Part shown: one piece after another, positions 31,872 to 41,516 of the stretch | Numbering within the stretch: the stretch's first letter is position 1 | Layout: each line of letters begins with the position of its first letter | Assembly: GCA_900544375.1 (NCBI GenBank) | Contig: UQUZ01000001.1 | Span: forward strand, 52,270 to 116,269 | Direction: 5' to 3' | Length of the DNA stretch: 64,000 nucleotides | Origin: an uncultured Oscillospiraceae bacterium | GTDB lineage: Bacteria; Bacillota; Clostridia; Oscillospirales; Acutalibacteraceae | Made by a program: the position numbers and the translations under genes | Notes under the pieces: model-generated | Seen by the model: the letters and a program-made list of their open reading frames with translations, nothing else | Told to the model about the DNA's origin: nothing | Databases searched by the model: none

Positions 31872-32156
31872 ATGAAAAAAAGACAATGGGCCGCAATTGT
31901 TTTGCTGGTGCTCTGCATGCTGTTTTTGCTGGGTGGCTGCGTGCCGCACCGAGTGGCTTCCGCAGATGCCGCCGGTTTCTTCACAGGCATCTGGCACGGC
32001 TGGATCGCGCCGGTTTCCCTGGTGCTCTCCCTGTTTGGCGATTATCAGATCTATGAGGCAAACAACACGGGTTTTTTCTACAACTTAGGCTTTTATATGG
32101 CGATTATCAGCGGGTTCGGCGGCCTTGCGCTGTTCCGCAGGAAGCATAAGGATTAA
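31872..32156 (+). CDS. Small membrane/lipoprotein-like protein embedded in the arg operon
   Basis: MKKRQWAAIVLLVLCMLFLLGGC (signal peptide plus a lipobox-like LLGGC), then two further hydrophobic segments; 94 aa. No family recognised. Confidence 0.6.
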   Translation: MKKRQWAAIVLLVLCMLFLLGGCVPHRVASADAAGFFTGIWHGWIAPVSLVLSLFGDYQIYEANNTGFFYNLGFYMAIISGFGGLALFRRKHKD

Positions 32157-32182
32157 CCTAGGCAGGAAGGATGGTTCTATCA

Positions 32183-33406
32183 ATGGTAACATGCTCATTT
32201 ATCCCCGGTGGGGTTGCCGCGGCAAAAGGCTTTACTGCGGCAGGCGTTCACTGTGGAATTCGAAAAAACAAATCGAAGCGCGACCTCGCGTTGATTTCAG
32301 CGGACTGCCTGTGCAATGCAGCCGCCGTTTACACGCAGAACTTGGTGTGCGGCGCGCCAGTCACCGTGACGAAGCAGAACTTGGCGGATGGCAAAGCGCG
32401 CGCCGTGGTGTGCAACAGCGGCATTGCAAACACCTGCAATGCAGATGGCGTTGAAAAAGCGCGGGGCATGTGTGAAATCACGGCCAAGGCGCTTGGGATC
32501 GCTCCAACGGACGTCATTGTAGCCTCCACGGGAGTGATTGGCCAACCGCTTGACCTCAGCCCGGTGGAGCAGGGGATGCCGCAGCTGATCGGGGAACTCT
32601 CCAAGGCGGGCTCCGACCATGCGGCACAGGCGATCATGACGACGGATACCCGTAAAAAAGAATTTGCACTTACCTTTATGCTCGGCGGTAAAGGATGCAC
32701 CATCGGGGCAATCTCAAAAGGCTCCGGCATGATCCATCCCAATATGGCGACCATGCTCTGCTTTATTACGACGGACGTGGCGATCTCAACCCCGATGCTC
32801 CAAAAGGCGCTGTCGGCTGCGGTGGCGGACAGCTTCAATATGCTCAGCATTGACGGCGACACCTCAACCAATGACATGGCCTGCATTCTGGCCTCCGGCA
32901 AGGCGGAGAACCGGGAGATCGTTTCGGAGAATGAGGATTTTGCGCTGTTTACACAGATGCTTTCCACCCTCCTCATCCGCATTGCGCGGGAGATGGCGCG
33001 CGACGGCGAAGGCGCGACGAAGCTGGTGATATGCGAGGTCAGCGGCGCAAAGGACCAGGACACCGCCCGCACGGTGGCAAAAAGCGTGATCTGTTCTTCG
33101 CTTGTGAAAACGGCGATGTTCGGCGCGGACGCAAACTGGGGCCGTGTGCTGTGCGCGATGGGGTATGCGGGCGCGGAGATTGATGTGACGAAGGCGGATG
33201 TATCGTTCGCCTCCCCCGCAGGGCGTGTGGAGGTATGCCAGAACGGAGCGGGCATTCCCTTCAGCGAAGAGCGGGCGAAGCAAGTCCTCCTGGAGGAGGA
33301 AATCAAGATCGATGTGCGCCTGCACGACGGCGAGGCGCATGCGGAGGCTTTTGGATGCGACCTGACATACGATTATGTGAAAATCAACGGGGATTACCGC
33401 ACCTAA
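32183..33406 (+). CDS. argJ: Bifunctional ornithine acetyltransferase / N-acetylglutamate synthase
   Basis: GMIHPNMATMLCFITTD autoprocessing region and the C-terminal ...YVKINGDYRT. Start ambiguous (32171 or 32183). Confidence 0.94.
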   Translation: MVTCSFIPGGVAAAKGFTAAGVHCGIRKNKSKRDLALISADCLCNAAAVYTQNLVCGAPVTVTKQNLADGKARAVVCNSGIANTCNADGVEKARGMCEITAKALGIAPTDVIVASTGVIGQPLDLSPVEQGMPQLIGELSKAGSDHAAQAIMTTDTRKKEFALTFMLGGKGCTIGAISKGSGMIHPNMATMLCFITTDVAISTPMLQKALSAAVADSFNMLSIDGDTSTNDMACILASGKAENREIVSENEDFALFTQMLSTLLIRIAREMARDGEGATKLVICEVSGAKDQDTARTVAKSVICSSLVKTAMFGADANWGRVLCAMGYAGAEIDVTKADVSFASPAGRVEVCQNGAGIPFSEERAKQVLLEEEIKIDVRLHDGEAHAEAFGCDLTYDYVKINGDYRT

Positions 33407-33461
33407 TAGGGCGGTAAAGGAGAAATAAGAGGACGGTTTTAAAAAGAGGGTGGCGGCACAT

Positions 33462-34316
33462 ATGGAGATATCCAATTTTGAGCGCTCGCAGGTGTTGGTG
33501 CAGGCGCTTCCATATATCCAGAAATATTATCAGAAAACGATTGTCATCAAATATGGTGGCAATGCAATGATTAACGAGGGGCTCAAGGACGCTGTGATGA
33601 CGGATATCGTCCTGCTCTCCCTTGTAGGAATCCATGTGGTGCTCGTTCATGGCGGCGGCCCGGAGATTAACGCTATGCTCGACCGGCTGGGCAAGGAAAG
33701 CCGCTTTGTGGGAGGGCTGCGCTATACGGATCGGGAAACCATGGACGTGGTGCAGATGGTGCTCGCGGGCAAGGTCAATAAGGATCTCGTGCAGCTGCTC
33801 GGCGCGCACGGCGGCAAGGCGTTGGGGTTATGCGGGCTGGACGGCGGTATGATCCGCGCGGTGAAGCATTCAGGCGAGGATCTCGGCTTCGTAGGCGAAA
33901 TTGAGAGCGTTGACGTAACGCCGATCAACGATGCGTTAAAGACCGGCTATATCCCCGTCATCTCCACCATTGGCGGCGGATATGGGGAGGATGTTTATAA
34001 TATTAACGCCGATACGGCAGCGGCACGCATCGCGGCCTGCCTGCATGCGGAAAAACTGCTGCTGATGACGGATGTGCGCGGCCTCCTGCGGGATAAGGAG
34101 GATGAGGGAACGCTCATTCCGGTCGTCAACGTCAGCGATGTGCCGGGGCTGAAGAACCAGGGCATCATTTCCGGCGGCATGATCCCCAAGATCGAGTGCT
34201 GTGTGGAAGCAGTGCGGCGCGGCGTGCACCGCACCCATATTGTGGACGGGCGCATCCCGCATTCCCTGCTCATCGAGCTGTTTTCCGATGAAGGGGTAGG
34301 AACGATGTTTATCTAA
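33462..34316 (+). CDS. argB: Acetylglutamate kinase
   Basis: VIKYGGNAM, VLVHGGGPEI, NINADTAA motifs. ATG four codons inside the GTG ORF. Confidence 0.95.
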   Translation: MEISNFERSQVLVQALPYIQKYYQKTIVIKYGGNAMINEGLKDAVMTDIVLLSLVGIHVVLVHGGGPEINAMLDRLGKESRFVGGLRYTDRETMDVVQMVLAGKVNKDLVQLLGAHGGKALGLCGLDGGMIRAVKHSGEDLGFVGEIESVDVTPINDALKTGYIPVISTIGGGYGEDVYNINADTAAARIAACLHAEKLLLMTDVRGLLRDKEDEGTLIPVVNVSDVPGLKNQGIISGGMIPKIECCVEAVRRGVHRTHIVDGRIPHSLLIELFSDEGVGTMFI

Positions 34317-34353
34317 GAAAGGCGATCCTATGCGAAAGGGTGAACGGTTTTTT

Positions 34354-35529
34354 ATGACATATGAAGAGACCAAACAAACGGCGGATCAATATTTGATGCC
34401 TACCTACGCGCATTTTAACGCCGCTTTGGTGGAGGGGAAGGGCGCGCAGCTCTTTGGCCCGGAAGGGGAAAGCTACCTGGACTTCACCGCCGGGATCGGC
34501 GTTAGTTCCCTGGGCTATGGCGATGCGGCTTGGGCGCAGGCGATTGCAGAGCAGGCGGCAAAGCTCGCACACACATCAAACCTGTATTACAACCCGGTGA
34601 TTGCGCAGGCGGCGAAGCTGTTATGCGAAAAATCTGGTTTTGCGCGTGTGTTTTTTGCAAATTCCGGAGCAGAGGCGAATGAATGCGCGATGAAGCTCGC
34701 GCGCAAATATAGCTTTGATACCTATGGGGCGGGCCGCTCGACGATCGTCACGCTGAAAAATTCCTTCCACGGCCGCACGATGGAAACGCTCACCGCAACC
34801 GGGCAGGATGAACTGCATCAGTATTTTGATCCCTTTCCGCCGGGCTTCCGTTATGCTGCGGCAAATGATCTTGACGCGCTGAAGGCAGCGATCGACGAGA
34901 CCGTCTGTGCCGTGATGATGGAGCCGGTGCAGGGCGAGGGAGGCGTGCAGCCGCTGGATGCGGATTTTGTGCACAAGGCTTCAGAGCTCTGCCGGGAAAA
35001 GGATATCCTCCTGATTTTCGACGAGGTGCAGACCGGCGTGGGCCGGACGGGCAAGCTCTATGCATGGGAGCATTTCGGTGTGCGGCCGGATATTCTGACG
35101 AGCGCCAAAGGCCTCGGCGGAGGATTGCCGGTGGGGGCTTGCCTGTGTGTGGAGAGGCTCGGCGCTGTGATGGGGCCAGGCACACATGGCAGCACCTTTG
35201 GCGGCAACCCAATCGTCTGCGCGGGGGTGTGCGAGGTGCTTTCCCGCATGGAGGAGCCGCTCTTTCAGCAGGTGCGCCAAAGGGGCGCGTTCCTGCGGGA
35301 TACGCTTTCCAAATGTGATGAAATCGTAGAAATCCGAGGGATGGGCCTGATGCTTGGCCTGGTGCTTCAAACAAAGCAGGCCAAAGCGGTTGCTGCTCGT
35401 TGTGTGGAAAGGGGGCTGCTGGTGCTCACGGCGAAAACGCTCGTCCGCCTGCTGCCTCCCCTGACAATCTCGCAGGAGGAATTGGAACAGGGCATTGCCA
35501 TTTTGAAGGAAGTGCTCACGGAGAAATAA
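34354..35529 (+). CDS. argD: Acetylornithine aminotransferase
   Basis: Class-III aminotransferase motifs (NSGAEANE, DEVQTGVGRTGK, TSAKGLGGG) and its position in the arg operon. Confidence 0.93.
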   Translation: MTYEETKQTADQYLMPTYAHFNAALVEGKGAQLFGPEGESYLDFTAGIGVSSLGYGDAAWAQAIAEQAAKLAHTSNLYYNPVIAQAAKLLCEKSGFARVFFANSGAEANECAMKLARKYSFDTYGAGRSTIVTLKNSFHGRTMETLTATGQDELHQYFDPFPPGFRYAAANDLDALKAAIDETVCAVMMEPVQGEGGVQPLDADFVHKASELCREKDILLIFDEVQTGVGRTGKLYAWEHFGVRPDILTSAKGLGGGLPVGACLCVERLGAVMGPGTHGSTFGGNPIVCAGVCEVLSRMEEPLFQQVRQRGAFLRDTLSKCDEIVEIRGMGLMLGLVLQTKQAKAVAARCVERGLLVLTAKTLVRLLPPLTISQEELEQGIAILKEVLTEK

Positions 35530-35556
35530 TAAAATTGCCCGGAAAGGAATGATTTC

Positions 35557-36465
35557 ATGAAACATTTGCTGAAAATGCTCGATCTGTCCACAGAGGAGAT
35601 TTTGGAGCTTTTAAATCTTGCCGACCAGCTCAAATATGAGCGCAGCCACCACATAGCGCACCGCCATTTGGAGGGCAAAACGTTGGGCATGATCTTCCAG
35701 AAATCCTCGACCCGCACGCGTGTTTCCTTTGAAGCGGGCATGTTCCAGCTCGGCGGCAGCGCGCTGTTTTTAAGCGCACGCGATCTGCAAATCGGCCGTG
35801 GCGAGCCAGTGCAGGATACGGCGCGGGTGCTTTCCCGGTATCTCGATGGCATCATGATCCGCACCTTCGCGCAGGAGGAAGTGGAGGCGCTCGCCGAATA
35901 TGGTTCGATCCCGATTATCAACGGCCTGACAGATTTTTGCCATCCCTGCCAGGTGCTTGCCGACCTGATGACTGTGCGGGAGCACAAAGGCCGTTTAGAA
36001 GGCCTCAAAATGTGCTATATTGGCGACGGCAACAACATGGCGAATTCTCTGATCGTCGGCGGTTTGAAAACTGGGATGAAGGTGAGCGTTGCCTGCCCGG
36101 AGGGCTATGACCCGGATCAGAAAGTGCTGGATTTTGCAGCGGAAAACGGCGGCTTTACGCTTGAGCGCGATCCGATGAAGGCGGCGGAAAATGCGGACGT
36201 GATCTTTACCGACGTGTGGGCCTCCATGGGCCAAGAGGGCGAGGCAGAGCAGCGCCGCGCCGCTTTTGCGGGGATTTATCAGGTGAATGAGAAGCTGTTG
36301 GGAGCTGCGAACGAAGGCTGCATGGTGCAGCACTGCCTGCCTGCCCACCGCGGTGAGGAGATCACGGCGGAGGTGCTGGAGGCCCATGCGGCGGAAATCT
36401 TCGATGAGGCGGAAAATCGGCTGCACGCGCAGAAGGCTGTTATGGTTGCCCTGTTGAAAGAATAG
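35557..36465 (+). CDS. argF: Ornithine carbamoyltransferase
   Basis: STRTRVSFE carbamoyl-phosphate motif and HCLPAHRGEE. Confidence 0.95.
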   Translation: MKHLLKMLDLSTEEILELLNLADQLKYERSHHIAHRHLEGKTLGMIFQKSSTRTRVSFEAGMFQLGGSALFLSARDLQIGRGEPVQDTARVLSRYLDGIMIRTFAQEEVEALAEYGSIPIINGLTDFCHPCQVLADLMTVREHKGRLEGLKMCYIGDGNNMANSLIVGGLKTGMKVSVACPEGYDPDQKVLDFAAENGGFTLERDPMKAAENADVIFTDVWASMGQEGEAEQRRAAFAGIYQVNEKLLGAANEGCMVQHCLPAHRGEEITAEVLEAHAAEIFDEAENRLHAQKAVMVALLKE

Positions 36466-36778
36466 GGGCTGTGGCTGGTGTGATCCCAGTCAACACGGAA
36501 TTGAATGTTTTATGGTGAAATTGCCCTTCATCCGCCTATGGGATGGAGGGCGTTTTCTCGCCCCCGAGAAAACGTCTCCTACCACAGGGCGAATGAAGAA
36601 GGCTATTTTATCAACCTTTCTTTTATTGACGATTATTCCATCAGTTTTAAACGGGCAAATTGGATGATGCATCTGTTGGTCAGCCGAAGCATCTCTTCAA
36701 GCATTCCTTTCCATTCTGCCCTGAAAAAGACGGACAAAAATTTAAGCTTTTGATAAAATTATAAGCGGAGGTGAGCAG

Positions 36779-37654
36779 GTGGATATTCTTCAACAGCTCA
36801 ACGATGCGGCGGCATATATTGAAACCAATCTGTGTGGCCAGGTCGTTCTGAAGGAACTTGCGCAAATCGCATGCGTCACGCAGGATAGCTTTCTGCGTTT
36901 TTTTAGCTATATGACCGGAATGACACTGAATGGATATATACGCCGCAGGCGTTTGTCTCTCGCGGCATATGAGTTGCGCGAGTCAAACATCAAGGTGATT
37001 GATGCCGCGGTGAAATACGGCTATGATAGCGCCGATTCCTTCACAAAAGCGTTTGTGAAGCAGCACGGGCTCACTCCCACGCAGGCACGGGATTCGCGTC
37101 AGCCATTGAAGATATATCCGCCGGTTTCCTTTCACATAAGGATTAAGGGAGCGGAAGAAATGAATTTTAGAATGCTTGAACTGGAGCAAACCACACTTTA
37201 TGGTGTTTCCAAACCGTTTGACGGGCAGGGCTACAAAACCAGAGAAGAGCTGCGGCATATTATGTGGGCGGATGATTGTGACGATGTTCCAGGGCGGATT
37301 TGTGAAGGGCATTGGAATCAACCGTCTAACCATGCTTATGACGGTATCTGGTACGGCATTTGGAAAAATGGGAACTATATGATTGCGCGCCCAGAAACAA
37401 GCGTGCAAAAAAATACGCTCGAAAAGCAAATTATTCCGGCTGGGGCTTATGCAGCCTTTCAAACAGAACCCGGAGGGCTTGCCTGGGAGGAGTTCCCAAA
37501 GCTTGAGGAATTGATTTTTGACGCATGGCTGCCCAGCTCCGGCTACAGGCAAAGGGGGGATCTGGTCATTGAGGTGCTGCACCTCTGGACGGATCATGAT
37601 CAGCGGAATAAAAATAGATATTACGAGGTCTGGATTCCAATCGAAAAGAAATAG
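36779..37654 (+). CDS. AraC-family transcriptional regulator with a GyrI-like effector-binding C-terminal domain
   Basis: N-terminal double HTH (...FLRFFSYMTGMTLNGYIRRRRL...YGYDSADSFTKAFVKQHGLTPTQAR) and a C-terminal SOUL/GyrI-like fold pattern. GTG start after GGAGGTG. Confidence 0.85.
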   Translation: MDILQQLNDAAAYIETNLCGQVVLKELAQIACVTQDSFLRFFSYMTGMTLNGYIRRRRLSLAAYELRESNIKVIDAAVKYGYDSADSFTKAFVKQHGLTPTQARDSRQPLKIYPPVSFHIRIKGAEEMNFRMLELEQTTLYGVSKPFDGQGYKTREELRHIMWADDCDDVPGRICEGHWNQPSNHAYDGIWYGIWKNGNYMIARPETSVQKNTLEKQIIPAGAYAAFQTEPGGLAWEEFPKLEELIFDAWLPSSGYRQRGDLVIEVLHLWTDHDQRNKNRYYEVWIPIEKK

Positions 37655-38051
37655 CGCCGTACGAAGTTATCGTTCTATTGCTCACGGCGCCTAACTTGCG
37701 AAAAGCGCATCGGCATTTCCGGTGTGACATTTATCTCTTTCCAAGCATATTTCCCGGGGAGAGGCGATGCTACGAGGGCCTATAGCATGCGCTTTGCCAA
37801 AAGTTTTTTGCCGGAACATCCTCTCCACGATAGGCGGAAACAAGGCAAAGCTTGTTGTAATCACACAAAACAGAGATAGTGCCGCTCACGAGAGCAATCG
37901 TGTTGCAGTTATTTTCTCTATTTGACAGGATTCATTCTTGACCCAAGCCGTGGAACCGCTATAATAGATAGCAAAGGATTGAAAAATGAAGGGTCGCTTC
38001 GGCACGTGGCGGGGTATTTGCTAAGCGGCTCCGGTGAAGGGATGAATCGTT

Positions 38052-39146
38052 ATGGACTGTGAAAAGATGATGGGAAAAAGGGCGCGCGCCTTCTGCGCGG
38101 CGGTCCTTTTCTTTGCTGCGATGGCCATCGGATTCTCCGCTTGCGGGAATGGGGAGGAGCTTGAAGGCTCCACTGTGCCAAAGGGTTCTCAACAGGCGCA
38201 AACGCAACAGACGGTGAACCCGTTGACTGGATTGTCTGGCTTTCGGGAGGCGGCGGTAGGCCGGCGCCCAGTGGCGGTGATGATCAACAATGCGCCCGCA
38301 GCCCGCCCGCAGTGGGGGCTGTGTGCGCCGGATATTGTATTGGAGGGCCTGGCGGAGGGCGGCATCACTAGAATGATGTGGCTTTTTGCGGATGTGCAGA
38401 GCATCCCCAAAATTGGTTCGGTGCGTAGCGCACGGCACGATTTTCTAGAGATAGCGGAGGGACTCGATGCTGTTTTTGTGCATTGGGGTGGAAGTGTGTA
38501 TGCCTATGATGCGCTTAAGCAGCGCAATGTAGACGATATTGATGGGATGACCTATTCAAATACCTATTTTTATCGGGATCGTACCCGAAATGTGGGCATG
38601 GAACATACTGGATGCACGGATGGAGAGCGGCTTGCGAAGGCATTCGAAAGGCTCAACCTTAGGAGCGAGGCCAATCAGGCGAACCGAGCTCCCTTTGTAT
38701 TTGCGCAAGAGGGTAAGCCTAGAAGCCTTTCCGGCGGCACATGTGAAAGCGTGGCCTTCTCCTTCTCAAATGCTTATCAACATACGTTCCGGTATGATGC
38801 GGCCTCCGGGCATTATCAGAACTTCTTGAATGGCCAGCCAATGACGGAGGATGGCGGCAAACAGATGGAAGTGACCAATGTGCTTGTGCTCTATTGCCCG
38901 GTCAAAAGCATGGGGGATGCGAGTGGGTGCATTGATATGGATTTAACTGGAGGCAACGGAATTTATGCATCAAACGGCACGTACGAGCAGATCACTTGGA
39001 AAAAGGGGAACACGCCTGCCAGCCCGCTGAAGCTGTATGCTTCCGATGGGTCAGAGCTTCATCTAAATGCTGGCAAAAGCTACATCGGCCTTGTGCCATC
39101 CGATCGGGAGAATCAAACGGTTATTTCTGCCATTCAGGAATCATAA
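38052..39146 (+). CDS. DUF3048 (YerB-like) lipoprotein
   Basis: Signal peptide with lipobox (AIGFSAC). RRPVAVMINNAPAARPQWGL...GGITRMMWLF matches the DUF3048 N-terminal pattern as I recall it. A TTGACC-16-TATAAT promoter lies at about 37938-37965. Confidence 0.75.
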   Translation: MDCEKMMGKRARAFCAAVLFFAAMAIGFSACGNGEELEGSTVPKGSQQAQTQQTVNPLTGLSGFREAAVGRRPVAVMINNAPAARPQWGLCAPDIVLEGLAEGGITRMMWLFADVQSIPKIGSVRSARHDFLEIAEGLDAVFVHWGGSVYAYDALKQRNVDDIDGMTYSNTYFYRDRTRNVGMEHTGCTDGERLAKAFERLNLRSEANQANRAPFVFAQEGKPRSLSGGTCESVAFSFSNAYQHTFRYDAASGHYQNFLNGQPMTEDGGKQMEVTNVLVLYCPVKSMGDASGCIDMDLTGGNGIYASNGTYEQITWKKGNTPASPLKLYASDGSELHLNAGKSYIGLVPSDRENQTVISAIQES

Positions 39147-39302
39147 GGCAAGATTTGGTCACTATGCATGAAACTTATGTTGAAAAATTGTGAAAAATGG
39201 GCAGAGAAGTTTATACTTTCGTCATTGTTTTTTACAAAACCCGCAACATATCAGCGGTATGATATGGATGTACCTTGAAGGAAGCAAGAAGGAGGTGAGT
39301 CC

Positions 39303-39725
39303 ATGTCAAAGAAAGCTTGCGTGTTGGTGTGCGTGACCAGCCAACCCGATTGTGAGCGGCTGATTCGGGCGGGTAAAAAGATCGCGGATGGCGAAGGAGT
39401 ACCGTTGCAGGTTGTCAGCGTACAGCGGATGGAGGAGTGCTTCCAGCCAAACTCTGATACGCTTGAGCGTTTGCACCAGCAGGCAAAGGCAGTGAATGCG
39501 GAGATGACGATTTATTTTAACGACAGCCCCGCGATTACTGCCGCAGTACACGCTGTCAAGGAGGGCGCTGTCAATATCGTAATGGGATTCCCGCGGGAAA
39601 ACAGCGCGCATTTTGTAGAAGATGTTCACTTGCTGGCACCGGAGGTGCCGATCAGCATGGTGGATGGTGATGATAAAATTTATCAGATGATTCCGGCCGC
39701 CGCACCCCAGGCGATACGGCGCTGA
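39303..39725 (+). CDS. Universal-stress-protein-like (KdpD Usp-type) small protein
   Basis: 140 aa; ACVLVCVTSQPDCERLIRAGKKIA...LQVVSV resembles the Usp/adenine-nucleotide alpha-hydrolase fold found N-terminal in KdpD. Strong RBS. Confidence 0.5.
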   Translation: MSKKACVLVCVTSQPDCERLIRAGKKIADGEGVPLQVVSVQRMEECFQPNSDTLERLHQQAKAVNAEMTIYFNDSPAITAAVHAVKEGAVNIVMGFPRENSAHFVEDVHLLAPEVPISMVDGDDKIYQMIPAAAPQAIRR

Positions 39726-39760
39726 AAAGGGCGGCAACGGTGTAAATTTTTCATATAGTA

Positions 39761-39802
39761 ACAATAGAGGGAAACGCAGCTTCACGCGTTTCCCTCTATT
39801 GT
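39761..39802. terminator. Bidirectional terminator between the convergent Usp-like gene and mtnN
   Basis: 17-bp perfect stem acaatagagggaaacgc/gcgtttccctctattgt with an 8-nt loop. Confidence 0.8.
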
Positions 39803-39814
39803 TGTATGGAAGAT

Positions 39815-40546
39815 TCAGTTCCAAAGGGCATCTTCCGTTAGAATGCGGTGAAAAAGATCTTGCAGCACGTTGGTTAGCGTATCTTCCGCCCGTTCATTCA
39901 TTTCCCGGTATTGTTCCGTGGCAGAGTCGTCAGCATCATCCGATATTTTACGCAGGCATATAAAGGGAATTCCGCATTTGTGGCAAACAGAGGCGATCGC
40001 TGCGGTTTCCATATCAAAGGCGGTGATGCCAAAGCGCTCAATATAGTCCCTTTTGCGATCGACGTCCGTTAAAAAGAAATCTCCGGTGCCTAATTTTCCT
40101 TCTTGCAGGCCAGGGTGTGCAAGCGCTAGGCGCAGAAGCGTTTTATCCGCCTGATAAACCCATTCCTGCCCGGGCTTCTGGCCGGCCGGTATTCCGATAG
40201 CGCTGAGATCAAAATCGCATTCCACATAGGTTGCCCCGGCTACGAGGTCACCTCGCCGCAGCCCGGAGACCGCGCCGGAGAGGCCTGCGTTGCAGACCAT
40301 CTGCGCGCCGTTATCTGCAATTAAAAAGGAAACGGCGCTCGCTGCGTTCACCTTCCCGATCCCGCACTGTACGGCGTGAATTTCCAGCTGACGATCACCT
40401 TCTTGAAGCTCCATCACAAGGCCGGCGTTTCCGCGTTTTTCCTCCGCCTGGAAGCCTTGCTGCTGCGCATAGGTCAAAAATGGGGCGTATTCCATCTCAT
40501 CGGCAAAAGCAATGCCAAGGATCTTTTTTTTCACGTTAAAATCCAT
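39815..40546 (-). CDS. mtnN: 5'-methylthioadenosine/S-adenosylhomocysteine nucleosidase
   Basis: PNP_UDP_1 fold motifs GIGKVNAASA and FDMETAAIA; 243 aa. Confidence 0.85.
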   Translation of the reverse strand: MDFNVKKKILGIAFADEMEYAPFLTYAQQQGFQAEEKRGNAGLVMELQEGDRQLEIHAVQCGIGKVNAASAVSFLIADNGAQMVCNAGLSGAVSGLRRGDLVAGATYVECDFDLSAIGIPAGQKPGQEWVYQADKTLLRLALAHPGLQEGKLGTGDFFLTDVDRKRDYIERFGITAFDMETAAIASVCHKCGIPFICLRKISDDADDSATEQYREMNERAEDTLTNVLQDLFHRILTEDALWN

Positions 40547-40572
40547 CCCTTCCTCTGAAAAAGGTTACGCTT

Positions 40573-40601
40573 CATTATAGGGGAGAACGAAAAAGAAATC
40601 A
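40573..40601 (-). promoter_or_regulatory. Sigma-A-type promoter of mtnN
   Basis: On the minus strand: TTGATT, a 17-nt spacer, then TATAAT, ending about 27 nt upstream of the mtnN ATG. Confidence 0.65.
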
Positions 40602-40739
40602 ATTGCAGTGAGCAAATTAACGGAGATTTCTTTTTGGCCTATGATTTTGAGAAAGAAAGGGAAAAGAAGGCTGTTTTCGTTCCAATTTTCAAAAATGGGA
40701 CAAAACACACCGGATGATGGGCGAGAAGAACAGTCGCTA

Positions 40740-40905
40740 ACGCGGGGGGAGAGGCATAGACTGTAATCGGGGATAACAATAAGCGCCGATGCGTCCTCCG
40801 GTGGCGGTTGATCCGTCCACAGGGGAGCCGGGGACAGCCGATAGGCACATGGCGCATTTTAGATAGATGGCCCCGCCTTCTCCCAACGGGTTCGATTGGG
40901 GGAGG
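40740..40905. ncRNA. Candidate structured RNA of unknown class and unknown orientation
   Basis: ORF-free GC-rich block with nested complementary segments: 40747-40755/40875-40884, 40769-40772/40871-40874, 40783-40787/40851-40855, and a central hairpin 40795-40825. No Rfam family recognised by eye. Confidence 0.25.
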
Positions 40906-40915
40906 GAAAGAGAAA

Positions 40916-40962
40916 GAGCGCGCTGCTTTGGCATCACCTTTGCAGCGCGCTCTGATCTTTTG
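40916..40962. terminator. Hairpin terminator downstream of spoVT, potentially bidirectional
   Basis: Stem agagcgcgctgc/gcagcgcgctct with T-rich tracts on both strands. Confidence 0.7.
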
Positions 40963-40973
40963 AAATAGCCGGG

Positions 40974-41516
40974 TTATTCCTCCATCTGCTTGCCGAGGAA
41001 GGAGGCGGCAACTTGCATGAGTTTGATCTCGGTTGAGGATGGGGCCGTAGCGCCATTTTCCGCCATCAGGAGCACGACGGCGCCGGACACATCGCCCGAC
41101 CCAATGATCGGATAGGCAATCCCGGCCATGCGTTCCAGCCCTTCCACCGGACGAAGCGATTCGCCCGATCCGCTATAGACAAAATTCGAGCGTTTTTCCA
41201 TGAGCGATTCCAAGTTAGCGGAAATCCGCCGGTCTACCGCTTCCCTCTTTGGAATTCCTGCGCAGGCGATGACATGATCCCTGTCGCAAATGAGAACGGG
41301 CAAATTGGTGCTGCGGGAAAGAACCTCCGCATACTGGCCGGTGAAGGAAGAAAGCTCCCCGATGGGGGAATACTTTTTAAAGATCACCTCACCGTCCGCA
41401 TCCGTATATATTTCAAGCGGATCACCCTCACGAATCCGCATGGTGCGGCGAATTTCTTTTGGAATGACCACGCGTCCCAAGTCGTCGATCCTTCTTACAA
41501 TTCCAGTGGCTTTCAT
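40974..41516 (-). CDS. spoVT: Stage V sporulation protein T
   Basis: MKATGIVRRIDDLGRVVIPKEIRRTMRIREGDPLEIY is nearly identical to the SpoVT N-terminus I recall from Bacillus, plus a GAF-like C-terminal domain. Start at the internal ATG, since the listed 250-aa ORF over-extends upstream. Confidence 0.93.
   Translation of the reverse strand: MKATGIVRRIDDLGRVVIPKEIRRTMRIREGDPLEIYTDADGEVIFKKYSPIGELSSFTGQYAEVLSRSTNLPVLICDRDHVIACAGIPKREAVDRRISANLESLMEKRSNFVYSGSGESLRPVEGLERMAGIAYPIIGSGDVSGAVVLLMAENGATAPSSTEIKLMQVAASFLGKQMEE

Noticed and set aside
40758-40845. Cobalamin-riboswitch-like strings (actgtaatcgggg; gagccggggacagcc resembling a B12 box)
   Set aside because: I could not find the conserved upstream core (GGTGAAA/AGGGAA-type segments). 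The B12-box match is partial. In that orientation there is no downstream gene to regulate. I kept it only as an unclassified candidate RNA.
40881-40902. tRNA/tmRNA-like T-arm string (gggttcgattggggg)
   Set aside because: The flanks do not form a 5-bp T stem with a 7-nt loop. There is no acceptor stem or CCA context and no other tRNA arms.
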